Source of the DNA: Alphaproteobacteria bacterium
Lineage (GTDB): Bacteria > Pseudomonadota > Alphaproteobacteria > UBA828
Reading direction: 5' to 3'
DNA: 64,000 nt
NCBI GenBank assembly: GCA_965221125.1
Contig: CBDCRW010000006.1
Span: 192,001-256,000, forward strand
Within the stretch, counting starts at the first letter, position 1. Every line of letters starts with the position of its first letter. This document shows, piece after piece, positions 38,819 to 48,629 of the stretch. Below the pieces are notes generated by a model that was not told the DNA's origin, did no database searches, and was given only the letters and a program-made list of their open reading frames with translations. Position numbers and translations under genes: made by a program.

Positions 38819-39223
38819 GCACCGCTCCAACCATTGTCGCCAGCAACCAGCCAGGTGACGCGCTACCGTCGAACTCCTCTTCCCTCCATCGCCTCCGGGC
38901 TCCGACCCGGAAGCGCATCGGCACCGAGCAGTACCGCGCCAAGACCGACGACGTCTGGCGCCCGCGCCGCGGCGGACGATCTCTATACTCTATGGCGGCG
39001 GATTGACGCCGGAACTGGCCGAACTGATCAAGCAAGCCTTCCGCAGAGTGCATCTGTTGGCGTATCTAAAGTACGAGGAACTCGATGTATCCGACAGGAA
39101 AGACCTCTTTGGCAAGGCCGGGGCGGACGCCCAGACTGCCGAGAACGAGTCGCTGGGAGCGAGCGAACCGAATGCCGCGACGCTCGACACGCCCTCCAAC
39201 ACCAGCTTCGGAGTCGCCGACAC

Positions 39224-40357
39224 ATGACCGAGTTTCGTTTCATCCATTCCTCTGATCTGCACCTCGGCCGACGGTTCGGAAACTACCCCGAGGACATTCG
39301 CGGCCGCCTGGTGGAAGCTCGGCACGCCGCGATCGACAGGCTGTCGTCCGCCGCGCGGGATCATGGGGCCGGCAATGTGCTGATTGCCGGCGATCTTTTC
39401 GACACCGAAACGCCGTCCGATCGGATCTGGCGACAAGCGCTCACCGCGATGGCCGCGGCGGACAACATCGATTGGTGGATCATCCCGGGCAACCACGACA
39501 GCCTCGCCGCTGAGGCGCTTTGGGATCCCATCCGCGCACAGCCCCCAGACAACGTGCATCTTTGCGATGCCGCCGAGCCCGTCGAGATCGCGCCCGCCAC
39601 CATGCTTCTTCCTTCGCCCGTGCCGAGTCGGTCCCCCGGTCGCGACGCGACGGAGTGGATGCCGGACTGCGCTACCCCCGACGGTTCTCTGCGAATCGGT
39701 CTGGCGCATGGCGGTATCGTGACATTCGGAAGCGAGGACGACGGCGCCGAGACAATCTCTCCCGACCGCGCGGCCACCGCCAGTCTCGACTATCTGGCTC
39801 TCGGCGACTGGCACGGCTTCATGCGAGTGGGCGATCGGACGTATTATTCGGGCTCGCCCGAACGCGACCGCTTCAAGCATCAGGGGCGTGGCGTCTGCCT
39901 GGCGGTGGAGATCCCGGGCCCGGGAGCCGTGCCCGAGGTTGCCGAGATCGCAACCGGCCGGTTCGGTTGGCACGACATTCCCCTTCCTCTCACACCGGAG
40001 CAGGACGCGTCAGACGCCCTTGCCGGCGCGCTGCCGGAGGATGGGACTGGGCGCCGCGACACACTGGTCCGGGTTCGGGCTTCCGGGTGGGTGCGACTTC
40101 CCCAGCGGATGGAAATGGCACGGGCTGCCGAGGACGCCGCGCCGGAGTTCGGGTATTTCGAGTTGAACGATTCCGAACTTGCGACCGAGTGCGCGCCCGA
40201 CGATCTCGATGACATCGCCCCGGGAGGCGCCCTCCGCATGGCCGCCGATGTCCTGTATGGCGACGCTGAGGATGCCGCAATGAGCGCAGAGGACCGCGCT
40301 ATCGCCGCGGCGGCGCTTCGCCGGCTCTACGGTTACGTGACGGAAGACGCGCGGTGA
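39224..40357 (+). CDS. SbcD/Mre11-like metallophosphoesterase nuclease
   Basis: HSSDLHLG, AGDLFD, PGNHD, LAHG, LGDWHG, YSGSPE. True ATG at 39224. Confidence 0.92.
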   Translation: MTEFRFIHSSDLHLGRRFGNYPEDIRGRLVEARHAAIDRLSSAARDHGAGNVLIAGDLFDTETPSDRIWRQALTAMAAADNIDWWIIPGNHDSLAAEALWDPIRAQPPDNVHLCDAAEPVEIAPATMLLPSPVPSRSPGRDATEWMPDCATPDGSLRIGLAHGGIVTFGSEDDGAETISPDRAATASLDYLALGDWHGFMRVGDRTYYSGSPERDRFKHQGRGVCLAVEIPGPGAVPEVAEIATGRFGWHDIPLPLTPEQDASDALAGALPEDGTGRRDTLVRVRASGWVRLPQRMEMARAAEDAAPEFGYFELNDSELATECAPDDLDDIAPGGALRMAADVLYGDAEDAAMSAEDRAIAAAALRRLYGYVTEDAR

Positions 40358-42969
40358 AACTCCGAACGATCCGCCTGGAGAATGTCCGGCGCTTCGTCGA
40401 TCCCGTAGAAATCGGTGGCATCGGCGACGGGTTGAACGTGTTCTCTGCGCCCAACGAGCACGGCAAGTCGACCGTTTTCGATGCGCTGCACGCGGTTTTC
40501 TTCAAGCCAAGGACGTCTTGGGACAGGGAAATCCGGAGCCTCGCGCCCCACGTCGGCGGCGATCCATCCGTCGCCGTCGAGATCGAACTCGACGACGGCA
40601 TCTATCGCATCGAGAAACGCTGGAGCCACCGGCGCAACGGCGATGCGCGAATCGAGACGGCCGGCCGGCTGATCGGGCAGGCTGACGAAGCCGAGGCCTG
40701 GATCGCCGAGACCTTGAAGGCGCCCCGGGACGGAGGCCCGGCGGGACTGCTCTGGGTCCGCCAGGGGCTCACCGGGCTCGACGACGGCGATGCTGCGCAG
40801 CTCGCCCGCCGCGATCTGCTGTCCTCGGTCGCGGGCGAGGTCGAGGCGATGACCGGCGGCAGGCGCATGGATGCTGCCCGCGAACGATGCCGCCGCGAGC
40901 TCGACCGATACCTGACCGGCACGGGCCGCGCAAAGGCTGACGGTCCTCTGAAGCACTGGCAGGACGAGGTTGCTGCCCTTAGTTCCGCGCGCGAGGAACT
41001 CGCCGCGAAGTCGCAGCAGCTCCGTACCGAACTGGATCGCCGCCGCGACCTCCGGCGGGAACTGGCGGATCTGGAGGATCCGGAAGAACAGGAAGCGCGT
41101 GACGCGCGGCTCGCCAAGGCCAAAGCGGTGCATGCCGAAGCGTCCCGCCATGCTGAGTCGCTGGAAAAGGCGAAGAGCCACGAACACACGAAACGCGTCG
41201 AGCTAGGGCGTGCCGAAGAACGCTTGGAGGCCCTGGAGAAGGACCTTTCCGAGATGGCGGAGGCTGCCTCGGCGCATCGAACCGCGAAGGACGAGGCGCA
41301 AACGACGACGGAACGATTGCGCCTTGCCGAAGACAAGAGGTCCGAAATGGCGGACGCCCATGATTCCGCGGTCGTCCGTGCCAAGGCTGCCGCCGACGCG
41401 TTGCGGCGCTCCCTTCTCGCGGAAGCCGCCACCGCGGCGGCCCGACACCGCGATGAGCTGATCGAGAAGATCGAACGCGCGGAAGAATTGCGCCGGCGCG
41501 CCGAGCAGGCGTCAGCCGATGCCAGGACGGAGCTTTCTGATTCGGCGCTCGAAGACCTCGACAAGCTGGATGAATCCGTGCGTGTCCTGCGAAGAGCGCG
41601 CGATCTCGAGGCCGGCGCGATCGCCATGGCCTATGCACCCGGCCGTGAGGATGGTGTTTCCATGGATGGAACACCGCTTCCGGACGGCGAACGGTTGTTG
41701 ATCCCGGACGGCGCGCGGTTGGAAATCGAAGGTATCGGCCGGCTGGATATACACCCCGGACAACGGCCCGATGGCGAAACCCTCGCCGAGGCGGAGGAGG
41801 GGCTGGCGCGGGCGCTCGAGGCCGCAGGGGCGAGCAGCATCGCGGACGCGCGCGCATCGGCCCACCGGAGACGCGATGCCGAACTGAATCGACGCAATGC
41901 GGAAGCGGATCTGGCCGATTTGGCGCCTGACGGAATCGACGCGTTGCGCGACCGGCTCGCAGAGCTTCCGCAACCGATCGCCGACGAGGATGACATTCCG
42001 AACGCCGAGGAAGCGCGGCAAGAGGACGAAGCGTCGAAGCAAGCCTTGGCGGAGGCTCTCGCAGAATATGAAGCAGCGCGCGCCGCGCACGGACGGGCGC
42101 AGACGGTGGCCGCGCAGGCTAGCGCGGCAGCCGAAGGCGCCGATACGCGCTTGGCACGCGCGACCGCGGCTCTCTCGGGGATCGATGAACCTGAAACCGA
42201 GAAAACCGTTCGGCAGGAGGCCGTGTCGCGGCTTCGCACCGAATTGGGGGACGCCATTCGCCGCAGAGAAGAGGTTGAGGCGGAAGCGCCCGATCTGGAA
42301 GCCGCAGCCACGGCCCTCGAAAGAGCGCAATCGATCGTCGAGCGCGCCGATGAAGAACGGCAGCGCATTCGCCTTGAGCTCGGGAAGCTCGACACTTCGA
42401 TCGGAATTCAGGCCGGCGAAGCCGTAGACGAGGAACTGGCCGATATCGACGTCCGTCTTGAAGCTGCTCGGACCGCACTCGAAGGTCTGGAGTTCGAGGT
42501 CGCTGTCCTGAAGAAGCTCGGCGCGGCACTGGAGAAAGCACGAGCGTCGGCGCGGGACCGCTACGTCGAACCCGTGATGACGGAACTCGTGCCGCTCTTG
42601 CGGCTCTTCTGGCCGGAGGCGGAACTCCGCTTCGATCCAGAGACGCTACTGCCCACGGCCCTGGTGCGGGCTGGCACGGAGGAGGATTTCGATATCCTGT
42701 CGGGCGGTACGCAGGAGCAGATCGCGCTGCTCGTCCGTCTCGCATTCGCCCGCATGCTGGCCAAGGCGGGCACGCCCGCGCCCATCATCCTCGACGACGC
42801 CATCGTCTACACGGACGACGACCGCATCGAGCGGACGTTCGATGCGTTGACGCGCCAGGCCCACGATCTCCAGATCGTCGTGTTCTCCTGCCGCCAGAAA
42901 GCGTTTCGGGACTTGGGCGGTCGAGGTCTCGGCATACTGCCCGCAGCGCAGTCTCAGGACGCCCGATAG
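40354..42969 (+). CDS. SbcC/Rad50-like (YhaN-type) SMC ATPase
   Basis: APNEHGKST, long coiled coil, LSGGTQEQ signature, ILDDAIVYTD, FSC. Coupled to the SbcD-like gene. Confidence 0.9.
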   Translation: MKLRTIRLENVRRFVDPVEIGGIGDGLNVFSAPNEHGKSTVFDALHAVFFKPRTSWDREIRSLAPHVGGDPSVAVEIELDDGIYRIEKRWSHRRNGDARIETAGRLIGQADEAEAWIAETLKAPRDGGPAGLLWVRQGLTGLDDGDAAQLARRDLLSSVAGEVEAMTGGRRMDAARERCRRELDRYLTGTGRAKADGPLKHWQDEVAALSSAREELAAKSQQLRTELDRRRDLRRELADLEDPEEQEARDARLAKAKAVHAEASRHAESLEKAKSHEHTKRVELGRAEERLEALEKDLSEMAEAASAHRTAKDEAQTTTERLRLAEDKRSEMADAHDSAVVRAKAAADALRRSLLAEAATAAARHRDELIEKIERAEELRRRAEQASADARTELSDSALEDLDKLDESVRVLRRARDLEAGAIAMAYAPGREDGVSMDGTPLPDGERLLIPDGARLEIEGIGRLDIHPGQRPDGETLAEAEEGLARALEAAGASSIADARASAHRRRDAELNRRNAEADLADLAPDGIDALRDRLAELPQPIADEDDIPNAEEARQEDEASKQALAEALAEYEAARAAHGRAQTVAAQASAAAEGADTRLARATAALSGIDEPETEKTVRQEAVSRLRTELGDAIRRREEVEAEAPDLEAAATALERAQSIVERADEERQRIRLELGKLDTSIGIQAGEAVDEELADIDVRLEAARTALEGLEFEVAVLKKLGAALEKARASARDRYVEPVMTELVPLLRLFWPEAELRFDPETLLPTALVRAGTEEDFDILSGGTQEQIALLVRLAFARMLAKAGTPAPIILDDAIVYTDDDRIERTFDALTRQAHDLQIVVFSCRQKAFRDLGGRGLGILPAAQSQDAR

Positions 42970-43065
42970 AGCGGACATGTAGCCAGGAGCTAGATACGCG
43001 GTCTGCGGTCACGATGAGGTTCCGTCTGGAGCACCGCGCAAAGATGGTGGACGGTGGCTGGCGGA

Positions 43066-43836
43066 TCACCCAACTCTTCGGCAAATCTCCGCTCGGACAT
43101 CGGCCAGTTCCGGGATGTCCGGGAGCAATGACGAGAGTTCTCGCCATTCGACCAAGGCTATATTCTTCACAAGTCGCACCAAGCGTTTCGGATCCCGGTG
43201 AGGCAGCCGAGATTGAAGCCGCCCGATATCGGAACGATAGGCTTCGACGACCTTCGCATACTCGAACTTCGCCTGTCGCTCCTTGACGAACATCCAGAAT
43301 AGAGCATCACGGTTACCGGCATTCTCAAGGACACAATCGATGTTCCGTTCGATCTGATTGCGTAACGGGTCGTAGGTCGTGCACATGGAAATGTCGCTGC
43401 CCAGCTTCGCCTCCACGAATACCAGGAACCTGGGTCCCTCGAAGACGATGTCGACTTCCGTCGGACCCTCCACGGGCCGCCGATTTGCTGCCCGGTTCCG
43501 CCAATCGGCATTGTTCGACTCCGCCATACGCTTGCGGCTCGCGCGCTCGTAGGCTCGGGGCGACTGCACCTGGCGCCACAGGTCAACGGACGGGGGATCG
43601 CCGAGTGCCAGAGAGTCTGCCAGCGCCGGGGCCTGCTTCTTCGCAAGTGCGACGACTGACGGCCACCAGTCGGTCCGGATCTGAAGCGTTTGCACCACGT
43701 TCCAGGTCACCCAGTCCTCACTATTCGCAGACCGGAGGATTCTCCTGCAATCTTCGGGCTTGGCGGCCTTCGGATGCGCAAGGAGCCGATCCAGATCGAA
43801 GAATGGAAACGGTGTCCCGAGATCTTCAGTCTCCAA
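43066..43836 (-). CDS. Putative PD-(D/E)XK restriction-like endonuclease
   Basis: SEDWVTWNV...EGPTEVDIVF...FVEAKLGSD...NQIER. The start codon is uncertain. Confidence 0.65.
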   Translation of the reverse strand: METEDLGTPFPFFDLDRLLAHPKAAKPEDCRRILRSANSEDWVTWNVVQTLQIRTDWWPSVVALAKKQAPALADSLALGDPPSVDLWRQVQSPRAYERASRKRMAESNNADWRNRAANRRPVEGPTEVDIVFEGPRFLVFVEAKLGSDISMCTTYDPLRNQIERNIDCVLENAGNRDALFWMFVKERQAKFEYAKVVEAYRSDIGRLQSRLPHRDPKRLVRLVKNIALVEWRELSSLLPDIPELADVRAEICRRVG

Positions 43837-43950
43837 GTTGTTGAACCTTTCCGGTTTGTCGGCCGGCTGGCGATGCCCGGCTGACCGCCTCCCTGCGAAG
43901 CTGTGTCGATGCCATCCAGATCACCGATCTAGGGCCGCGCGCATGCATGG

Positions 43951-44200
43951 TCAGACTCCTTCCCCAAGTTCAATGTAGACCCGGTAATGGTCGCTTGGCC
44001 CCCATTCCTCGAGCGTGTTGATGGCTCGCACCGTGAGCGAGTCGATGAGTTCCGTAGATGCGAAGGAGTAGTCCAACTGCCGTGTTGCCGATTCCGGCGA
44101 TTGCCGGGTATGACGAATGGTGGAGACATTCTTGCTGCCTCGTGGCAATTCCGTCGGCAAAGGATCGGCTTACCCACGGAAAGACGCCGGTGACGACCTT
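43951..44200 (-). pseudogene. EEP nuclease C-terminal remnant
   Basis: TRQLDYSFAS...RAINTLEEWGPSDHYRV, paralogous to 4581-5042. Confidence 0.75.
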
Positions 44201-44255
44201 TTTTGACACTGCCCACGTGACTTCCTTCGAGAATTCATCACATCGGCGATCATGC

Positions 44256-45413
44256 TCAAGTCTCGTCCTGGCTGTTCGTGATCGCGGCGATCGCCTGTCC
44301 GACCGTTTCGGCGGCGCGCTCGATGTCGCGGTCTCCGAGGTGGGCGTAGCGCAGCGTCATTCGTACATTGGAGTGGCCGAGCAGCCGGGACACGACCGGC
44401 ACCGGCACGCCGTTCATCACCGCGTGGCTCGCCACGGTATGACGCAGGTCGTGAAGGCGCACTTCCTCTATGCCGGCTTCGTGCCGCACCCGGTACCAGA
44501 GAGCGAGGTTGCGGCTGCGCGGCCGCGACGGATCGCGCGGCGAGGGAAAGACGAAGGGGCTTGTCCCGCGCGGCTGACGCTCCAGAACCGCACGGGCCTT
44601 CGTGCTAAGGGGAACCGTCCTCCGCCCGGTCTTGCTCTCCTGGAGGATCAGGCGGCCGTCGGCGACTTCCGACCAGCGGAGCTGCACGATCTCGCCCTTG
44701 CGGCATCCGGTCAGCAGCAGCAGGCGTATGATGTCGGCCTGCTGCCGCTGGTGCCTCCCGGTTTGCCGGTCAAGCGCGCGGTGCAGACGGCCGACTTCCT
44801 CGCGCGACAGGAAGCGGGTGAGCACCGGGCGCCGGTTTCTCTGTATGTCGCGAGCCGGGTTGGTGTCGACGTAGCCGCGGGCGCCGGCGAAGTTCAGGAT
44901 CTGCCGCAGGAGAGCAAGCCCGTGATTGGCATTACCGGGGGCGGTGCGGCTGAAATCGTCGAACCAGCGCCTGACCTCGGACGGGACGATACGGTCGAGC
45001 CGCTTCGAACCGAAGGCCGGCAGGATGCGGGTGCCGAGCAGGGCCCGGTATCCGCTCCTGGACGAAGGCTTGTATCTGTCGAAGTTGGCCTCCTTCCACT
45101 CGCCGGCGACGAAGTCGCGCAACAGGGGAACGGCACGCTTGGGAGCGGCCCTGTCCTCCGGTTCAGGCGCGGCCTGCCGGGCGAGGCACGCTTGGCGCGC
45201 CTCGGCGACGCTTGCGGTCTCCACCGGGCCGAGCGATACGCGCCTCGATCCGCCCGCGGCTCGGCGCAGGAAGACCCAACTCTTTCCGCCGGTGGTTCGG
45301 ACCCGGACCCCGAGCCCGCGCACTGTGGTATCCCAGACGGTATATTCCCGCTCACCGGGCCGCAGGCGAGACACGGCGGCGTCGGTGAGGCGCATGCGTT
45401 TCGGTCCTGCCAT
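44256..45413 (-). CDS. Tyrosine recombinase/integrase with an arm-DNA-binding domain
   Basis: N-terminal WDTTVRGLGVRV; LTGCRKGEI, SKTG, LHDLRH, LLGH...TLRYAH. Confidence 0.95.
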   Translation of the reverse strand: MAGPKRMRLTDAAVSRLRPGEREYTVWDTTVRGLGVRVRTTGGKSWVFLRRAAGGSRRVSLGPVETASVAEARQACLARQAAPEPEDRAAPKRAVPLLRDFVAGEWKEANFDRYKPSSRSGYRALLGTRILPAFGSKRLDRIVPSEVRRWFDDFSRTAPGNANHGLALLRQILNFAGARGYVDTNPARDIQRNRRPVLTRFLSREEVGRLHRALDRQTGRHQRQQADIIRLLLLTGCRKGEIVQLRWSEVADGRLILQESKTGRRTVPLSTKARAVLERQPRGTSPFVFPSPRDPSRPRSRNLALWYRVRHEAGIEEVRLHDLRHTVASHAVMNGVPVPVVSRLLGHSNVRMTLRYAHLGDRDIERAAETVGQAIAAITNSQDET

Positions 45414-45416
45414 GGC

Positions 45417-46535
45417 TTACTCCCCGAGCGCCCTGCCGACGACTTCTGCGGCATCGGCGACCATGCTGTCGGCGAGGTGGGTATACTTGAGGGTGGTCTC
45501 GGGGCTCGCATGACCGAGCAGGCGTCCGATGGCGAGGACGGTCACGCCCTGCCTGAGCGCGATGCTGGCGTGGGTGTGTCGAAGATCGTGAAGGCGCACG
45601 TCGGTCAACCCGGCCTCGGCGCGGAGCCTGCGCCAGAAGCGGTCGAGCGCGCCCGAGTCTGGCGGTCGGGCTCGACACGGGCCCGCGAACACCCAGGGGC
45701 CCGCCCGCTCCAGGCCGTTGAGAATGTCGCGTGCGGGCTGCGAGAGCCAGACGGTTCTCGGACCGGACTTGCTATCGCGCAGGAACAGGTGTCCCTCGCG
45801 GTAGTCGGACCATCGGAGGCCGAGAACCTCCCCTTTCCGGCACCCGGTCAGCAGCAGAAGGCGGATGGCCGCGACCTGCAGCGGGAAACGGTCCGCAAGC
45901 GCAGACAATCGCGCCGACAGACGGCGGATCTCCTCGTCGGAGAGAAACCGCTCGCGCCCCTTGCGGCGATAGCGCCGGATGCCCCGGCAGGGGTTGGAGC
46001 CTTCGGGCCTGAGCCCCGCCACTTCAGCCTCGCGCATGATGACCGACAAGACCGGCATGGATCTGTCGGCGGCGACAGGGGTGGCGCGGAGCGCGGCGAA
46101 CCAGTCGCGCACCTCGCGGCGATCAATCCCGGCGACCGAGCGGCCGGCGAAGTGAGGCAGGATCTGCTGCTTGAAATACTTCCGGTTGACCGCCAGCGTG
46201 CCCCGCTTCCAGACTCGCTCGTATTGCAGGAACACGGTCTCGGCGAAATCCTCTAAGCGCGTCTCCCCGGCCCCGGAAACTCCCTCGCCTCGCCTGATGG
46301 AGGCGAGCATCCCGCGGGCGCAGGTGCGCGCCTCGTCGACGCGGATCTCGGCAGCGTCGCCGACGATCTTCCAGACACGCTCCCCTTCATGCTGGCAATG
46401 TATGAAGAAGCGCTTGCGGCCCGAGGGCAGCACACGGATGCCGAAGCCCTTGAGCTTGCCGTCCCGGACATCGCGGGGTGTCTTGCGGGGCCTGAGTGCC
46501 CGCACGCGGGCGTCGGTGAGGGTCGTTCCGGCCAT
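45417..46535 (-). CDS. Tyrosine recombinase/integrase with an arm-DNA-binding domain (tandem paralogue)
   Basis: RDGKLKGFGIRV; LTGCRKGEV, SKSG, LHDLRH, LLGH...TLKYTH. Confidence 0.95.
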   Translation of the reverse strand: MAGTTLTDARVRALRPRKTPRDVRDGKLKGFGIRVLPSGRKRFFIHCQHEGERVWKIVGDAAEIRVDEARTCARGMLASIRRGEGVSGAGETRLEDFAETVFLQYERVWKRGTLAVNRKYFKQQILPHFAGRSVAGIDRREVRDWFAALRATPVAADRSMPVLSVIMREAEVAGLRPEGSNPCRGIRRYRRKGRERFLSDEEIRRLSARLSALADRFPLQVAAIRLLLLTGCRKGEVLGLRWSDYREGHLFLRDSKSGPRTVWLSQPARDILNGLERAGPWVFAGPCRARPPDSGALDRFWRRLRAEAGLTDVRLHDLRHTHASIALRQGVTVLAIGRLLGHASPETTLKYTHLADSMVADAAEVVGRALGE

Positions 46536-46625
46536 GCCGTCTCTCCCGGTTGCGGTTGCAGCCGGGGCACGGCGGAGTTCCCGATCCGTCCGGATGCAAC
46601 AAACATGGAGAGAAAAAACGACCCT

Positions 46626-46659
46626 GTTTCAGAATGTTAGCACCGAAGGTGCGTTAGGC
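46626..46659. other. Putative right attachment junction of the island
   Basis: GTTTCAGAATGTTAGCACCGAAGGTGCGTTAGGC lies between the integrase leader and the truncated PhyH gene. It holds two GTTAG motifs and a GCACC-GAA-GGTGC hairpin. Confidence 0.55.
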
Positions 46660-46962
46660 GGTGTCCTGGTGCCAGCCGGCGAAGGTCCGGCCATCCGGCT
46701 CCTTCAGCCTGAGCGAGACGCCCCAGACCAGCAGGTTGGGGCCGAGCAGGTCCTCCATGGGGTCGAGCAGGCCGGGCAGGCGCGTGAATTCGTCGATCCA
46801 GGGGCAGAGCAGCGAGGCGCCCTGGTCCAGCATGTGGCGCTCGCCCGGCCAGCGCCGCTCGAAGCGCTCCAGCGCCGCGCGGTAGCGCCCGGCCTCGTCC
46901 GCGCTCATGACGCGGAGGGGTCCGCAGTACCCCGCCTCGCGGAAGCCCCGCCGCTCCGCCAT
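46654..46962 (-). pseudogene. Phytanoyl-CoA dioxygenase (PhyH) N-terminal half, truncated
   Basis: FREAGY...DLLGPNL...KEP...GWHQDTA* stops immediately after the HxD iron motif. Confidence 0.85.
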
Positions 46963-47152
46963 CCCGTCGCCCGCCTGCCTGCGCCTCGCGCGCAGTCATA
47001 GCAGGTTTCGCCCCGCCGGGTGAGCCGTCAGGCGGCGGGTATCAGGGCTCGGGACGTTGCGGGCCAGCCAGAGCGCGTCCGTCACGCACGGGCGCGCGAC
47101 AGGCCGTGAGCGATAAAAGAGTCAGGGCGTTTCCGTGTAAAGCAGAAACGCC

Positions 47153-47929
47153 CTAATTGAACCCGCAGTCTTCCACGGTCGCGATGAGCGCGGACCAGAT
47201 GCCGTCCCGCTCGCCGTAGCAGCCCCGGCGCCACTGGCCCTCGTGCACGTCGCCGTCGGCGAAGTAGGCGGTTCCCGCACCGTGCGGCCGGTCGACGCTC
47301 CATGCGCCCTCGTAGCGGTGGCCGACGGCCCACTTGTAGACCCCGTATCCGTGCCTGTGGCCCTCGTGCCACTCGCCTTCGTAGCGGGCGCCGTCGCTCC
47401 GCCTGAGCTTGCCCATCCCGTGCTGCTTGCCGGCCCTCATGCCGCCTTCGTAGACGTTCTTTCCGAAGCGGTTGACCCAGGTGAGCCGCCCCTGGCCGGA
47501 GGCCATGCCGTTCACGCAGGCGCCGGACCAGGTGAAGCGTTTGTGCTTGTGGCCGTTGCCGCCGTTCCACACCCGGCAGGGCTGGTATTCGGTGACGGAC
47601 CACTCGGGGCCGAAGCGCTGCGGTGGCGCGTCTGCCGGCGCCCCCTTCAGGAGCGGCGCGTAGATGAAGGATTCTTCGCCGTCGCCGCGCAGGTCGACCC
47701 GCAACCAGTCGCGGCCGCGAACGACGCCGGTCACGCGCACGCTCACGCCTTCGTTCAGCGCGAGGCGCACGGCATGGTCGAGGCCGGGTCCGGCCCGGAC
47801 GTTGGACGGCTCCGCCACCGTCATCACCCGGTCGACGGGTTCGACCGTCCAGGTCTCCGCTGCATTCGTGTCCGTGATCCAGAGCGTGGCCGCCACAAAT
47901 GCCGCGGCCAGCGTCGCGAGCGTTCTCAT
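47153..47929 (-). CDS. Secreted SH3b + MORN-repeat protein
   Basis: Signal peptide MRTLATLAAAFVAA; SNVRAGPG...WLRV (SH3b); repeated YEGxWxxGxxHGxG units. RBS GGAGGG. Confidence 0.85.
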   Translation of the reverse strand: MRTLATLAAAFVAATLWITDTNAAETWTVEPVDRVMTVAEPSNVRAGPGLDHAVRLALNEGVSVRVTGVVRGRDWLRVDLRGDGEESFIYAPLLKGAPADAPPQRFGPEWSVTEYQPCRVWNGGNGHKHKRFTWSGACVNGMASGQGRLTWVNRFGKNVYEGGMRAGKQHGMGKLRRSDGARYEGEWHEGHRHGYGVYKWAVGHRYEGAWSVDRPHGAGTAYFADGDVHEGQWRRGCYGERDGIWSALIATVEDCGFN

Positions 47930-48090
47930 GGTTTCCCCTCCCGTGCGCGCCTTGTTTATCCGGCGCTGAACACGACCTCGCCGTTTCCGGCCATGAGCGC
48001 TATGTACGTGTCGGCATATTACATGGTGCGCGGCGGACGTGCACCACGCCCGGCCCGACACATGCCCGGCCCGCCCCCGCTCGCCTTCGC

Positions 48091-48120
48091 TTGACAGGGC
48101 GGCGCAGGCCGCCGCATGAT
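48091..48120 (+). promoter_or_regulatory. sigma70 promoter of tRNA-Ala
   Basis: TTGACA-N18-CATGAT, followed by a GC-rich discriminator. Confidence 0.6.
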
Positions 48121-48163
48121 CCGCCCGCCTTCGGCCGGGGCGGGGAGCGCCGGCCGCGGCTGC

Positions 48164-48239
<76 letters not shown>

Positions 48240-48629
48240 CCCCCTTATCTTGGTAACTGTCTGCTTGGCCGTGTTGCGACGCGCGACCGGGCGCGCCGCC
48301 TCGGCCTTTTCTTCGCGCCGGCTTCGAGGGGCGCGCGCAGCGTCTCGTCGCTGATACGCACGAGTCGCATTCTCTCAGCGATCACCTGCCTCCGCCACGG
48401 CGAACGGCAACCGTCTCACCTCACCGGCACACGACAGGAGCCACGCAGGGAATGGGGACGGGAGGGCGGAGCCGAATGGCAGGGCGCGCGTGCATGGCGT
48501 AGGCTTGCGCGTGCAGGATCGGCCGCAGGCGATGGGAGAGGTGCCGGTGAAGGTCAGCGACGCGCGCATCCTGACGGCGCACGCCGGCAGCCTGCCGCGC
48601 ACTGACGTTTGCACTGGAGTTCAGTTGCC

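Noticed and set aside
37781-39223. 858-aa ORF suggesting a large fusion to SbcD
   Set aside because: The upstream part is mostly the antisense of the 37712-38818 gene. SbcD motifs begin at ATG 39224.
44058-46256. 732-aa plus-strand ORF
   Set aside because: Antisense shadow of the two integrases.
44256-46660. Integron (IntI plus attC cassette array)
   Set aside because: The integrases have arm-binding N-termini and I see no IntI-specific insertion. I found no repeated attC-like sites between cargo genes; only the junction has GTTRRRY-like motifs.
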